IMG/VR virus record: IMGVR_UViG_3300031823_000006 | Coordinates: 6,151 to 70,150 of that record | Reading direction: 5' to 3' (one strand) | Length of the DNA: 64,000 nt | From: a virus | Shown here: positions 29,529 through 38,798 of the stretch, one piece after another | Numbering within the stretch: the first letter of the stretch is position 1 | Layout of the letters: every line of letters begins with the position of its first letter | Made by a program: the position numbers and the translations under genes | The notes under the pieces: generated by a model | The model's input: only the letters and a program-made list of their open reading frames with translations | What the model was told of the DNA's origin: nothing | The model's database searches: none

Positions 29529-30097
29529 TCCGCCTTCACCACGAACTCGAAGCCGACACCCGCCTCCTTCGCGGCGGTGATCCCCGCCTGGACGATCTCT
29601 CCTACCGCTTCCGGTGAGAGCGAGCCCGCGACGCTCATGGGGAGCTCCACAGTCTGCGTGCTCGCCGCCGGCGCGCGGCGCGTGATGACACGCCCCTCGG
29701 TGGCGAGCTCGGCCGGATCGTCGCCGGCGCCCTCAGCTTCCAAGCGCTCGCGCTCGATCTCGGCCGCTCGCTCCTGCGCTGCAAGCTCCGCCTGCTCCTC
29801 CTCGCGCTCAGCCTCGCGCCGCGCCGTCTCCCGCTCAGCGTCGAGCGCGGCCTGCGCATCCTCGGCGGTCATGCCGGTGTGCCGCCACATGCGGCCCGAC
29901 TCCGCGCTGATGCCTACCTGCACGGCGACACTCGCGCTTGCGAGCTCGTTCAGCGCCTCCATCAGCGCATCGGCGCTCGCCTCGTCCTTCAACTCCAGCG
30001 CTTCGGCCATCTCCTGCTCGCTGACGGTCGGCTTCTCGCCGCTCAGTTCGCCCAGCGTCTCCGCGACCTGCGCAGTGAACTTCTCATCGACCGCCAT
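29525..30097 (-). CDS. Hypothetical protein, possible N-terminal winged helix
   Basis: SEQEMAEALEL...LMEALNEL...RMWR; strong SD. Confidence 0.55.
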   Translation of the reverse strand: MAVDEKFTAQVAETLGELSGEKPTVSEQEMAEALELKDEASADALMEALNELASASVAVQVGISAESGRMWRHTGMTAEDAQAALDAERETARREAEREEEQAELAAQERAAEIERERLEAEGAGDDPAELATEGRVITRRAPAASTQTVELPMSVAGSLSPEAVGEIVQAGITAAKEAGVGFEFVVKAE

Positions 30098-30110
30098 CGT
30101 CTACTCCTCC

Positions 30111-30144
30111 GCTCGGGTACAGCGCGGAGATTACAGCGTTACCC
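30111..30144 (-). promoter_or_regulatory. Palindrome / -10 / ACCCGAGC leader element
   Basis: GGGTAACGCTGTAATCT-N9-ACCCGAGC-GGAGGAG. Confidence 0.8.
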
Positions 30145-30534
30145 GGTGGCGATCTTCTTCGCCAGCGTGCCGTCAGGGTCGGGATCGTCCACGAGCCACC
30201 GATATTCGAGCAGCGACACAGCGACGGCGCCCGTCTGCATCTTCGGTGCGTAGTCGCAGTCATCGCGCAGGCACGCCGCGCGCTTCTCTTCTCGCATCGT
30301 CGGCTTGCCGTTCTTCGGGTCGCGCGTCGGCACGAAGCGGATCAGCGAGACGCCATCCTCGATCCGGCGAAAGCAGCCACCGCAGCGCATCCCGCGCAGC
30401 AGTTCCATACCGATGTGCGCCTCGATCAACCCCTGCTCGGGTGGCTTGCGCAGCGCGCCAAGGTCCGGCACGTTGCGAGGCATCGCACCGGGCAGACCGG
30501 GAAGCGCCTCAGTGGGAGCAACAGGACGAGCCAC
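30139..30534 (-). CDS. Hypothetical Zn-binding protein
   Basis: CGGC...CLRDDC; TAGGTT 6 nt before GTG. Confidence 0.5.
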   Translation of the reverse strand: MARPVAPTEALPGLPGAMPRNVPDLGALRKPPEQGLIEAHIGMELLRGMRCGGCFRRIEDGVSLIRFVPTRDPKNGKPTMREEKRAACLRDDCDYAPKMQTGAVAVSLLEYRWLVDDPDPDGTLAKKIATG

Positions 30535-30546
30535 GCCGGCAACCTA

Positions 30547-30834
30547 TCAATCGGTGTGGTCAAGGTCGATCCCGGCGGCATACACACCGGCGGCCACCGC
30601 GAGCTCCATCGCCGCGGCGCGCATCAGCATCAGATCGCCCGAGCCCTCAGCCTCCACGAGCCCACGCACACGTCGCCCGATCAACGCCGGCGAGCCGGTG
30701 ATATCGGCCTCGACCAGCAGGTCCGTGAACTGCTGGCCGACGTTCAGCCTGGCCTCGCGCGCTTCCTCCGAGCGCTCCTTCCACTCCTGCGGCTCGTCAC
30801 GCGGGACGCGGTGCGACTTCGTGCGTGCGCTCAT
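30547..30834 (-). CDS. Hypothetical protein
   Basis: 95 aa, coupled to the terminase. Confidence 0.5.
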   Translation of the reverse strand: MSARTKSHRVPRDEPQEWKERSEEAREARLNVGQQFTDLLVEADITGSPALIGRRVRGLVEAEGSGDLMLMRAAAMELAVAAGVYAAGIDLDHTD

Positions 30835-32618
30835 ATCAGCGGTTCCTCACCGAAGCCACCGTCGTAACCGCCGGTGCCCTGGCCGAACGCTCGATCCAGG
30901 TCCGTGCGCGTGAAGCCGATCTCCGCATCCGACACGGGGCGATCTTCGAGCAGTTCCCCGGCCTGCTGGCGCATCCGCAGCATCTCGACGGCCACAAGAT
31001 CGTAGACCTCGGCGTGCGCATAGTCGTCCGGTCCCTGCGACACGTAGGTGCGGATCACCTTCTCGCGCTTGTTCAGTTGCGAGCGCCGGCGCGGCGCCAT
31101 CAACTGCTCGACGTAGCCCGGTGGTGGCTGTCGCAGCGGGATATTGCGCAGCAGCCGAATCCCGTCCATCATCGCGTCGATCGCCTCCGTCCGATTGACG
31201 CGCACGATGTTCTCCTGATCCTTGTACCTGAAAGCTGCCTCCTCCGGTCCTCCGTACTCCACGAGCGCGCCACGGCCGGGTAGTTGCGCACACAACCCGC
31301 GCGCCAGCCGCCGCTCCGGGTTGGCGTCAATGCAGAAGAACGTGACGCGCATCCTCACCAGCAGATCGAGCGCTTCACGGAAGCTGCCCACCGTGCCGAT
31401 CCACAGCGCATAGCGGCCATCCTCGCGGAGCTCCGACACGCGCACGTTCAGATCGCGCTCGCTCGCCACATCAATCCCGGCAGTCCTGAAGATGCCCGGC
31501 CCGTACTTGACCGTCTGCGTCGCTTCACCGCCGTGCGAGCACGCCGCCAGAATCGCCTCTTCATCCAAGCTCGTCTCCGTCGGCGCATAGGCCAGCCCCA
31601 AATCGTTGTTGTAGAACGCGATCACCTGCGCCGGGCTTGTCTGCCTCGACGCCTTCACCATCTGGATCAAGTCGCAGCGCGGCACGATCAGACGAGCCAC
31701 GTGGTAGCCGCGCAGCGTCGAGTCGGGATTGGTAGCAATCCACCTGCCGCCACGGATCACGGGCTCCAGTGACGCCTCGCACGATCGGCAACAGCGCCAC
31801 GCCTCTTCCACGTCGAGCGCCGTCTTGTACTCGTCGCGCCCCGGCTGCTGCACGCCCTCGACGCCGGGGTTGCGCCAGCGCACGTTCTTCCACCAGTCAA
31901 GCGGCTGCTCGTCGCCGCACTCCGCGCAGGTCACGTGCCACTTGCGCTGATCGCTCGCGCTGAAGTATTGGTCGATCCCCTCACCTGGCCCGGTGGGAAT
32001 CCCCATCCGGCGCACGCGCGGGATGCGCCCAGCCTGCCGGGCACCCGTCAAGCGCCGCTCGATCTGCGGCACGTTCGCGGGGTCGAGCTCGTTGTACTCA
32101 TCGAACGTCACGCTGTCGGCGTCCACCGACTGCGCGCCGGCGCGGCTGTTGCTCCCGCGCAGGTACAGCCACCCGTTGCCGATGCGCTTGAGCTCCTTCT
32201 TCCGCACGAAGCCCGCGGGTATCTGCGCCTGTAGGAAGTCGCTCGCTTCGATCGACGGCTCGATCCGCGAGTCCCCGAAGTCGGTCACGTGGTCGGCTGT
32301 CGGGAAGATGTAGAGGCTCGTGTCACCGAACTGCTGTGAGCGCCGCATCGCCCACCGCCACGCCTGCGTGCTCATCCCGACCTGCGTGGACTTGATGAAG
32401 ATGCACTCCTCAAGTTCGGCCACGTCGTCGCTGTAGAGCTCCGTCAGATAGGGGAAGTCCTCGAAGTTGAGCACCCCAACCTTCGGCTCTGGCGCGAGCA
32501 GCGACCAGTCCATCATCGACCGGCCCTCCGTCGCTCCCGCCTGCGCTGCTCGCTGCTGCTGACGCTGCGCGACCGCGCCTCTGAAGCCTGTCTCGATCAC
32601 CGCCGCGGGAGCCATCAC
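30831..32618 (-). CDS. Terminase large subunit (lambda gpA-like)
   Basis: KSTQVGMS Walker A variant, VTFDEY Walker B, CAECG/CRSC Zn ribbon, AGIDV and DDYAHA nuclease motifs. Confidence 0.92.
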   Translation of the reverse strand: MMAPAAVIETGFRGAVAQRQQQRAAQAGATEGRSMMDWSLLAPEPKVGVLNFEDFPYLTELYSDDVAELEECIFIKSTQVGMSTQAWRWAMRRSQQFGDTSLYIFPTADHVTDFGDSRIEPSIEASDFLQAQIPAGFVRKKELKRIGNGWLYLRGSNSRAGAQSVDADSVTFDEYNELDPANVPQIERRLTGARQAGRIPRVRRMGIPTGPGEGIDQYFSASDQRKWHVTCAECGDEQPLDWWKNVRWRNPGVEGVQQPGRDEYKTALDVEEAWRCCRSCEASLEPVIRGGRWIATNPDSTLRGYHVARLIVPRCDLIQMVKASRQTSPAQVIAFYNNDLGLAYAPTETSLDEEAILAACSHGGEATQTVKYGPGIFRTAGIDVASERDLNVRVSELREDGRYALWIGTVGSFREALDLLVRMRVTFFCIDANPERRLARGLCAQLPGRGALVEYGGPEEAAFRYKDQENIVRVNRTEAIDAMMDGIRLLRNIPLRQPPPGYVEQLMAPRRRSQLNKREKVIRTYVSQGPDDYAHAEVYDLVAVEMLRMRQQAGELLEDRPVSDAEIGFTRTDLDRAFGQGTGGYDGGFGEEPLI

Positions 32619-32644
32619 CGCAGTCTATGGACGGCCTCGGAGCG

Positions 32645-33034
32645 CTAGTGCTTCGTGAACCTGATGACGCGCGCGTTGCAGTTTTCGACGGGTGCCAGCG
32701 CGTCGATCAGCAGCAGCGTGGACGCCCGCGACGCTGCTACCTGCTGCGCGCTCGCCGGGTGTTCCCTCACAGCCACCGCAAGCAGATGGTCGAGCGCCGC
32801 GACCGTGTGTGCGTTGCGCGTGTTCTGTTCTTCACAGGAGAGCAGGATGCTCGCCTTGCGCGACGATTCGATTTCGTGGATATCCGTCAACGCTTGGCTG
32901 TACGCGAGGATCGAGAGCACCACAGCACCCACAGTCAAGACGCCGACAATGAGGCTCAGCGAGCCCACCAGGATCGAGAGCCACGGCGGCCTGCCCGCCT
33001 GCTCCTCGTCCCTCTCTCCAAACGCATCGGTCAC
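32645..33034 (-). CDS. Single-TM membrane protein (holin/lysis accessory candidate)
   Basis: N-terminal hydrophobic helix; two Cys. Confidence 0.5.
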   Translation of the reverse strand: MTDAFGERDEEQAGRPPWLSILVGSLSLIVGVLTVGAVVLSILAYSQALTDIHEIESSRKASILLSCEEQNTRNAHTVAALDHLLAVAVREHPASAQQVAASRASTLLLIDALAPVENCNARVIRFTKH

Positions 33035-33369
33035 GGGTGAGCTCCTGACGCGAGAATGGTCACGAGCGCCGCGACCAGGGACGCGAGGATCGTCCCAGCC
33101 AAGCCAAGCAGTGCGAGCCGAAGCGACCGGCGTTCTTCGGACTGGCGCCGCGTGTCGTCGCTGATCCCCGCCTTGATTTCCTTCACGGCCTCGCCAACGT
33201 CGCTCACGTCCTGCTTGACGCCGTTAACGACGCCCTCCAGCCGCACGATGCTCGTCGCCAACGGCAGAAGGTCTTGCACCTGACGCCCGAGCGAACGCAA
33301 CCGCTCATCCATCGAAGCGTTGTCGCGTTCGAGGCGAATCAGGCGCGTCTCCGTGGTGTCCGGTGCCAT
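33031..33369 (-). CDS. Coiled-coil protein with C-terminal TM (XhlA/holin-like)
   Basis: Heptad repeat followed by LALLGLAGTILASLVAALVTIL. Confidence 0.6.
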   Translation of the reverse strand: MAPDTTETRLIRLERDNASMDERLRSLGRQVQDLLPLATSIVRLEGVVNGVKQDVSDVGEAVKEIKAGISDDTRRQSEERRSLRLALLGLAGTILASLVAALVTILASGAHP

Positions 33370-33377
33370 TGGGAGGC

Positions 33378-33407
33378 AGGTTAGCCCAGCGCAGAGAAGC
33401 CAACCCC
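33378..33407 (-). promoter_or_regulatory. Late-type promoter GGGGTT-N18-TAACCT
   Basis: 8 nt upstream of the ATG at 33369. Confidence 0.7.
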
Positions 33408-33408
33408 G

Positions 33409-33443
33409 GAACGACGAGAGCCCGCCACACTGGACGGGCTCCC
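33409..33443 (-). terminator. Hairpin, probable intrinsic terminator
   Basis: GAGCCCG-N10-CGGGCTC followed by TCGTCGTT. Confidence 0.5.
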
Positions 33444-33499
33444 ATCGGGACGGACAAGCGGAGAACGACCCCCGCGCGTCAGCCTACACCTTCACGCTG

Positions 33500-34288
33500 C
33501 TACTGACCAGCGGAGCCGAACTCCTGCTGCCAGTTTTCAGGTTCCTCTTCGGTCGCGTAGCTCATGTATCCGCCCGGCGTCATCGCCGGCACCGGCGCCG
33601 TGAGCACCTTCCCGTAGTCGTACTGACTCGGGTTGCTCGTCTGTTCGTAACCGAAGTAAGCCGGCAGCGCGAAGTTCGCCACTTCGACTTCCCCGATCTT
33701 GTAGCCCGAGCTCTGCACCGGATCGCCAACCTCCACGATGTAGATGCGGCCTTCGGACGGCTTCTTCACCGTCCGCACTTCCTTGACGACCTGCGGGTCC
33801 ACCAGCGCCTCCAGCATCTCGTGAGACGCCACTTCGCTGCCCTGCACGCCGTCTTCCTGGCTCGTCTTGACGAATATCTTCATCAGCGGGATTTCCGGCG
33901 CGTCCGCCCGCAACCCGCGACTCGTGCGGTTGCTCGACTTCTTCGGGCCGGTCGGCGCACCCGTCTTGTCGAACGCCTCGTCTTCGTGGTAGCCGAGCGC
34001 GCCTTCCTGATCGCTCGTGTCGAGCAATTCCATGTGCCACGTGTCCGCAGGGATCGCCTCGTCTTTGGCGACGAACACCACCGCCGCCGCCGGCGCGGAG
34101 AGCCCCTGCGTCACCCAACACGACGAGTTGTAGTCCCTCGTCGCCTGCGTGTTCAGCGCCTCCACGATCGCCTCGGCCTCGGTGTCCGTCAATACCGTGG
34201 AGAGGTTCTGCACGCTGATCGTCACCGGGTCCAAAGCCTCACCCGATGCCCTGCTGTCGTTGCCCGTCTCCGTCGCCGTCTCAGTCAT
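33500..34288 (-). CDS. Putative zinc metallopeptidase
   Basis: GALGYH, SHEMLEALVDP, EVGDPV, VANF. Confidence 0.6.
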   Translation of the reverse strand: MTETATETGNDSRASGEALDPVTISVQNLSTVLTDTEAEAIVEALNTQATRDYNSSCWVTQGLSAPAAAVVFVAKDEAIPADTWHMELLDTSDQEGALGYHEDEAFDKTGAPTGPKKSSNRTSRGLRADAPEIPLMKIFVKTSQEDGVQGSEVASHEMLEALVDPQVVKEVRTVKKPSEGRIYIVEVGDPVQSSGYKIGEVEVANFALPAYFGYEQTSNPSQYDYGKVLTAPVPAMTPGGYMSYATEEEPENWQQEFGSAGQ

Positions 34289-34412
34289 CGCCATCGTCTC
34301 CGTCCTGCGCCTGATCGCCAAGCGCGTCGCTTTCGTCTATTTCGCCGTCCGCCAGTGAGTCGCCAGCCTGCACGTCTCCCTCGGTCAAACGGTCGTCCTC
34401 GTCTCCGTCCAT
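34281..34412 (-). CDS. 43-aa hyperacidic peptide
   Basis: MDGDEDDRLTEGDVQAGDSLADGEIDESDALGDQAQDGDDGDD; fills the intergenic gap and overlaps the next start. Confidence 0.5.
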   Translation of the reverse strand: MDGDEDDRLTEGDVQAGDSLADGEIDESDALGDQAQDGDDGDD

Positions 34413-34414
34413 CG

Positions 34415-34996
34415 TCAATCCTCCATACCGTATTCGTGCGACCCCTCGCGCTCGGCCGCCTCGACCAGCACCATCTCCAACTGCGCGAAGAAGCCTTTGA
34501 CCGTGAAACGCGACGCCTCTGCGGCGTCGCCGTCGTCCACGGTGCTCATGTTGCCGTTCTCAGCGAAGATTGCGAGCGCACCGTCCACCAGTTGCTCCAC
34601 GGTGTTGAGGCGCGTCTGCATCTCCTCTGCGGTGGCGTTGCCCTTGCGTGGTGGCGCGAGGCGCGCACGAATCAACCGCAGCATCGCCTCGACGTGATCG
34701 CCGGCGCGTTCGTCGGCGTGCCGCTCGCCGGCGGAGCTCCCCTCGTCCCACGCCCGCGCAAGCGCGCTCGCGTGCTCGCGCTCAGCCACAAGCGCCTCGC
34801 TCTCGCGCGCACGGTAGCCCGCACGCCAGTTGCGCTCCGCGATGTGCTGCAAGTCGAGCGCGTGCAGTCCTGACGGCTCGGGCATCGGCATCCGTCCGCT
34901 GTTCGACGCTGCAAGCGCGTCCATGCCGATGCGCTCGTAAGGGCTTATATCCGCCGGCGGGACGCGCTCAGCGTAAGGATTCCTCGGTGCGTTCAC
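34415..34996 (-). CDS. Hypothetical protein
   Basis: 193 aa; ACCCGAGC leader and GGAGG. Confidence 0.55.
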   Translation of the reverse strand: MNAPRNPYAERVPPADISPYERIGMDALAASNSGRMPMPEPSGLHALDLQHIAERNWRAGYRARESEALVAEREHASALARAWDEGSSAGERHADERAGDHVEAMLRLIRARLAPPRKGNATAEEMQTRLNTVEQLVDGALAIFAENGNMSTVDDGDAAEASRFTVKGFFAQLEMVLVEAAEREGSHEYGMED

Positions 34997-35009
34997 ATCA
35001 ACCTCCAGT

Positions 35010-35032
35010 GCTCGGGTATGGGCGGGAGACTA
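35010..35032 (-). promoter_or_regulatory. -10 (TAGTCT) + ACCCGAGC leader, no palindrome
   Basis: TGTAGTCT-N9-ACCCGAGC-ACT-GGAGG. Confidence 0.6.
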
Positions 35033-35045
35033 CACCGCGAAGCGA

Positions 35046-35069
35046 GTGTCGGCTGCTACCCACCGACAC
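35046..35069. terminator. Intergenic hairpin
   Basis: GTGTCGG-N10-CCGACAC after the phosphoesterase gene. Confidence 0.4.
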
Positions 35070-35093
35070 CCAACTCCGCAGCTTGGGTGAAGC

Positions 35094-36173
35094 CTACGCC
35101 GCCGCCGCGAACGGGTAGCTGAAGGTGTCGATCGCCGGCGTCACCTGGCCGTCTTCATCGACCCCGATGTACTCGCCGCTGACACCCGACTTGCCGACCA
35201 CCAGCCGCAGGAAGCCCCACCCCTGATCCTCACCGAACTCGAAGGTCGTGTCGCTCGTGACGGCCATCCCGTCGTGCGCTTCCTTCGCCAGCTTGTGCAG
35301 GTTGTGGTAGCCGCTCGCGCCGATCACGAGATACGGGATCGTGACGCCCCACGCCTTGCGCTCAAAGCGCTGATAGTCGTGGACGTGGCCGCTCACGATC
35401 AACTGCGGGCACCGCTTCGCGCTGTCGAACGCCTTATCCAGCAGTTCGCCCATGTGGATCGAGCCGCCGTGCATCGCGTCGCACGAGTAGGGCGGATGGT
35501 GGAGCGCCACGATCAGCGGCCGGTCAGTCGGCGCCGCGGCGAGCTCCGCCTCGAACCACGCCTGCTGATCGGCTTCGACCTGGCCGCCGCTCGGGACGTT
35601 CGTGTAGAGCCCGATGATCGTGAAGGCGTCGTCCTCCAGCGTCCAGTAGACGTTCGGCTGCTGCACCGTGTCCCGGTTGAACTCCGCCATCTCCGGCAAC
35701 AGCCGCGGCGCCTGCTGATCGCACAGGTACTTCACGAACGCCTGCAAGCTCGCTTCGCCGTCTTCTTCGGGATCGCCGTCGTGGTTGCCGGGAATCCCCA
35801 CGATCGTGCGCAGGTAGTGGGCATACGCCTCGAAGAACTGCGGCGGGTATTCGCCGCCTGCACCATTGAAGTAGACGAGATCGCCCACCGAGTAGCACAG
35901 CGCGACCTCCGGGTGGTCAGTCAGATCGGCCACCATCGCGGCGGCCACCGCTGCCTGCGGCTTCGGGTTGGCGATGCCGCCGTGATCGCCTATCAGGTGC
36001 AGCGTGCGCGTCCCGCTCGACGGCGCAATGTCCAGCGCGGTCGTGCTTAGCCTGTACGGCGCTGCTCCTGGCGGCGTCGGCAACGGTTGGAAGGTGTAGA
36101 CCTCGCGCGCGTCGGCGGTGCGCTGCGCCTGCTCGCTCGCGGTCCTCGGCTCAATGCCGTCCCTGCGGGTCAT
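35094..36173 (-). CDS. Metallophosphoesterase (purple acid phosphatase-like)
   Basis: GDHG, GDLVY, GNHD, HHPPY and GHVH motifs all present. Confidence 0.9.
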   Translation of the reverse strand: MTRRDGIEPRTASEQAQRTADAREVYTFQPLPTPPGAAPYRLSTTALDIAPSSGTRTLHLIGDHGGIANPKPQAAVAAAMVADLTDHPEVALCYSVGDLVYFNGAGGEYPPQFFEAYAHYLRTIVGIPGNHDGDPEEDGEASLQAFVKYLCDQQAPRLLPEMAEFNRDTVQQPNVYWTLEDDAFTIIGLYTNVPSGGQVEADQQAWFEAELAAAPTDRPLIVALHHPPYSCDAMHGGSIHMGELLDKAFDSAKRCPQLIVSGHVHDYQRFERKAWGVTIPYLVIGASGYHNLHKLAKEAHDGMAVTSDTTFEFGEDQGWGFLRLVVGKSGVSGEYIGVDEDGQVTPAIDTFSYPFAAAA

Positions 36174-36187
36174 AGCGTTCTCCTCAT

Positions 36188-36195
36188 GCTCGGGT
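36188..36195 (-). promoter_or_regulatory. ACCCGAGC leader 8-mer
   Basis: 2 nt upstream of GAGGAG. Confidence 0.6.
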
Positions 36196-36209
36196 ATGGA
36201 CGAGCAGAT

Positions 36210-36500
36210 TCAACCGCTGGCGTCGGACGTTCCGCCTCCGAACGCAGGGTGCGGATGCTGCTTGTGGACACGGCAGATCGGATGGCCGTGCTCAGGGTCA
36301 GGATGCCCCTTGCGCCAGCAGCCCTTTTCGATGCAGTTGTGATGATGCCACCACGTCCCCAACGCAAGCGCGAGCGCCGTCAGCCGAGAGAGCCATTCGT
36401 TGATGATCCCCGCGATGCCGCTCCAGAACTGATAGCCGAGATTCTTCAGCGGGTGCCACAGTTCACCGAGCCAGAAGTGCGTCCAGCTTGCCCCGTTCAT
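36210..36500 (-). CDS. Small membrane protein with His/Cys cluster
   Basis: GYQFWSGI...HHHNCIEKGCWRKGHP...CRVH. Confidence 0.55.
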   Translation of the reverse strand: MNGASWTHFWLGELWHPLKNLGYQFWSGIAGIINEWLSRLTALALALGTWWHHHNCIEKGCWRKGHPDPEHGHPICRVHKQHPHPAFGGGTSDASG

Positions 36501-36677
36501 GCGTAGAGGATTCCGCCTCGATCAGACGGCACGCCTCACACACCCGGCCTGTCGGCGTCGTGGAGCTCCGTGCGCGCACACGCCCCTGCTGACGCCGGTT
36601 GCACGCCAATACGAGCACGCCAGCCTCGACGCTCTCCAGGACGTGCCAGCACCGGCCGCCCTTCCACCGGACCCACT

Positions 36678-37004
36678 TCATGCGCCGATCGTGACCGTCC
36701 CGAGCTCGCGCAGCACCGCCAACAGATCACCACACGGGTTGAATCCCCAGCCGAGCGTCAGCCGCTTGCCCTCCGTGTCCCTGCAACCCTCCGGGTACAC
36801 CACGAGCTCAGCGCCCCCCTCATAGCGTTTCGCCAGCCGCACGAGCGTCGGCATCACCGCCTGCACCGGCGCGTCCTTCGGAACCTCCAGCCAAATCTTC
36901 ACCACACGACGGTAACGCCAGTTAGCGATCTCTCGTGCGACCGCGACCGCACCCATCAGTACGAAGTCGAACGCGACCACACAGCCAAACACCAGCAGCG
37001 CCAT
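36678..37004 (-). CDS. Hypothetical protein, N-terminal TM
   Basis: 108 aa; TATCGT 6 nt before the ATG. Confidence 0.45.
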   Translation of the reverse strand: MALLVFGCVVAFDFVLMGAVAVAREIANWRYRRVVKIWLEVPKDAPVQAVMPTLVRLAKRYEGGAELVVYPEGCRDTEGKRLTLGWGFNPCGDLLAVLRELGTVTIGA

Positions 37005-37066
37005 CGCTGCACGATATCCCAGCCGCCCGTCGTCAGGAGTGCAGAAACTCCCGCAAGATGCGGGCG

Positions 37067-37405
37067 CTACTCAGTCGCCGGCGCCAGCGCGATCCGGGCA
37101 AGCACATCGTTCACGCGCAGCACCATGTACTCCACCGCCTCGACAGTGATTTCAGCCCCGCCGTACTTCGAGAAGACGATGGTGTCGCCCACCGTCAGCG
37201 GTGGCGGGTCCTCCTCGGTTTGATAGCCAGAGCCACGCCCGGAAAGGGGCGCCCCAACCTGCACGGCCGCCTCGGGACCGAGCGCGACCACCGTGCCGCG
37301 TTGCGGCTTTTCCTTCGCCTGCTCGGGCAACACCACGCCGCCGTCCGTGACCTCCGGGTCCTCGATCACGGTCACAATGAGCCGGTCGTTCAGCGGTTCG
37401 AGCAT
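37067..37405 (-). CDS. groES: Co-chaperonin GroES
   Basis: LEPLNDRLIV...GGVVLPEQAKEKPQRGTVVALGP...VGDTIVFSKYGGAEI...DVLA. Confidence 0.93.
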   Translation of the reverse strand: MLEPLNDRLIVTVIEDPEVTDGGVVLPEQAKEKPQRGTVVALGPEAAVQVGAPLSGRGSGYQTEEDPPPLTVGDTIVFSKYGGAEITVEAVEYMVLRVNDVLARIALAPATE

Positions 37406-37728
37406 TACACAGCCTCCCTCACGATTTGTTCGTCAGCCGCGACGATCGCCGCGAGCTCCTTCTCCACGTCGATCGAGCGACCTTCCACGACGCCGATCCG
37501 CACGCGCGTCAGGCTACCGATCACGGCGTCTATATGCGCGACGAGCGTGAGCGCGTGGAGCTCCACGGCCTTCGCGCGCTCCGCCTGAAAGAGCATCAGC
37601 AGCAGGTCCAGGTCTGCGGCGCCTCTTTGCGGCGCACGCGGGCGCCTGGCGTCCATCCACAGCATCGCACGGTGAAACCCGAGCCCGAAGCCCGCAATGA
37701 CCGCGAGAACGATCCACAGGACTGTCAC
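37405..37728 (-). CDS. Hypothetical membrane protein
   Basis: N-terminal TM; coupled. Confidence 0.45.
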   Translation of the reverse strand: MTVLWIVLAVIAGFGLGFHRAMLWMDARRPRAPQRGAADLDLLLMLFQAERAKAVELHALTLVAHIDAVIGSLTRVRIGVVEGRSIDVEKELAAIVAADEQIVREAV

Positions 37729-38012
37729 AGGCGAGCGTGACGCAACTGCGCCTGCGCAATGAGCTCCTGCTTGCGCTCCTTACCGTTCGCGTGTCGTTCA
37801 GCCGCCGTTTCGAGGCGATCAACACCGCAGGCATCCGCACGACCGAGCAACGCCATCAGCGACGCGCCGAGCACCGGCGCGATCAACTGCACGAGCAGCA
37901 CCACCAGGACGGCGGCGAGCTTGAACACCTGCACGAGCACCCACACCACCGCCAGCACAGCCAACAGCGGGAGTGCCCACCATCCACGAACTGCAACGCC
38001 AAAGAACATCAC
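37725..38012 (-). CDS. Hypothetical membrane protein
   Basis: Long hydrophobic N-terminus; motif-bearing leader. Confidence 0.5.
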   Translation of the reverse strand: MMFFGVAVRGWWALPLLAVLAVVWVLVQVFKLAAVLVVLLVQLIAPVLGASLMALLGRADACGVDRLETAAERHANGKERKQELIAQAQLRHARL

Positions 38013-38022
38013 GATCTCCTTC

Positions 38023-38058
38023 GCTCGGGGTACACCACAAACGATAACAGCGTTACCC
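38023..38058 (-). promoter_or_regulatory. Palindrome / extended -10 / leader element
   Basis: GGGTAACGCTGTTATCGT-N9-ACCCCGAGC-GAAGGAG. Confidence 0.8.
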
Positions 38059-38069
38059 GTCGCGTGGGC

Positions 38070-38492
38070 TCAACTGGACGGATGACGTAGACGCTTAGCG
38101 ATGCACTCGAAGCACACGTGATCCAGTCGAGTGGGGACAGTGTTGCCCGGCTGCATCAGCCGCATCACGACGCCTTGCCGTGGCACCCCGCAGTTATCGC
38201 ACCGCGCGATCCTGCCCAGCCCGCAGTCGATATACGCCTGCATCAGCACGTCGCGCTCCACACGCTCGCACAGCGGGACTCGATCAAGCGCGTCGTTCAG
38301 CCAGCCCTCCGTCTGCTCGGCCTCGTCCGCCAGCGTCTCCGACGCGAGCGCGGCCTGCAACAGCGTCAGCGAGAACGGCATCCACGCCTTCGGCCATTCC
38401 TCGCGGAACGGCTCGCTATGCAGCGGGCAGCACACGCGCCCGATCGTGAGCTCGATCTTCGGGCGCGGATCGTCCAGTTCGTCCTCGGCCAT
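38070..38492 (-). CDS. Hypothetical Zn-binding protein
   Basis: CCPLH, CDNC, CFEC. Confidence 0.55.
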   Translation of the reverse strand: MAEDELDDPRPKIELTIGRVCCPLHSEPFREEWPKAWMPFSLTLLQAALASETLADEAEQTEGWLNDALDRVPLCERVERDVLMQAYIDCGLGRIARCDNCGVPRQGVVMRLMQPGNTVPTRLDHVCFECIAKRLRHPSS

Positions 38493-38798
38493 ACGCTCAG
38501 TCTCCCATACCGGGCGGGAGCTCTCCCCCCGCGATCCAGGCGCGTGCTTCCTGCAAATCCTTCAGCAGCGCGTCGAGATCGGGCACCGACGCCTCGACGT
38601 GGATCGCCTCGTCATCCGATGCCACGATCAGCCCGACCGACCGCACTTCCGGCTTGTCGTTGTCGTGTTGCGACTTGAGCAAGACGACTATCGCCTTCGG
38701 TTCGAGCTTCACCAGGACGCCCTCTTCGGCGCCACGCAGACGATCATGCGAGCGCGGCCAAGGACGTTTGCCGCGAAGCGGCCTGCTCCACGCGCGCA

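Noticed and set aside
27693-30701. 1002-aa plus-strand ORF (also 3486-5381, 8477-10231, 33320-34873, 51535-53076)
   Set aside because: Antisense shadows of well-formed minus-strand genes in GC-rich DNA; Arg/Ser/Ala-rich with no motifs.
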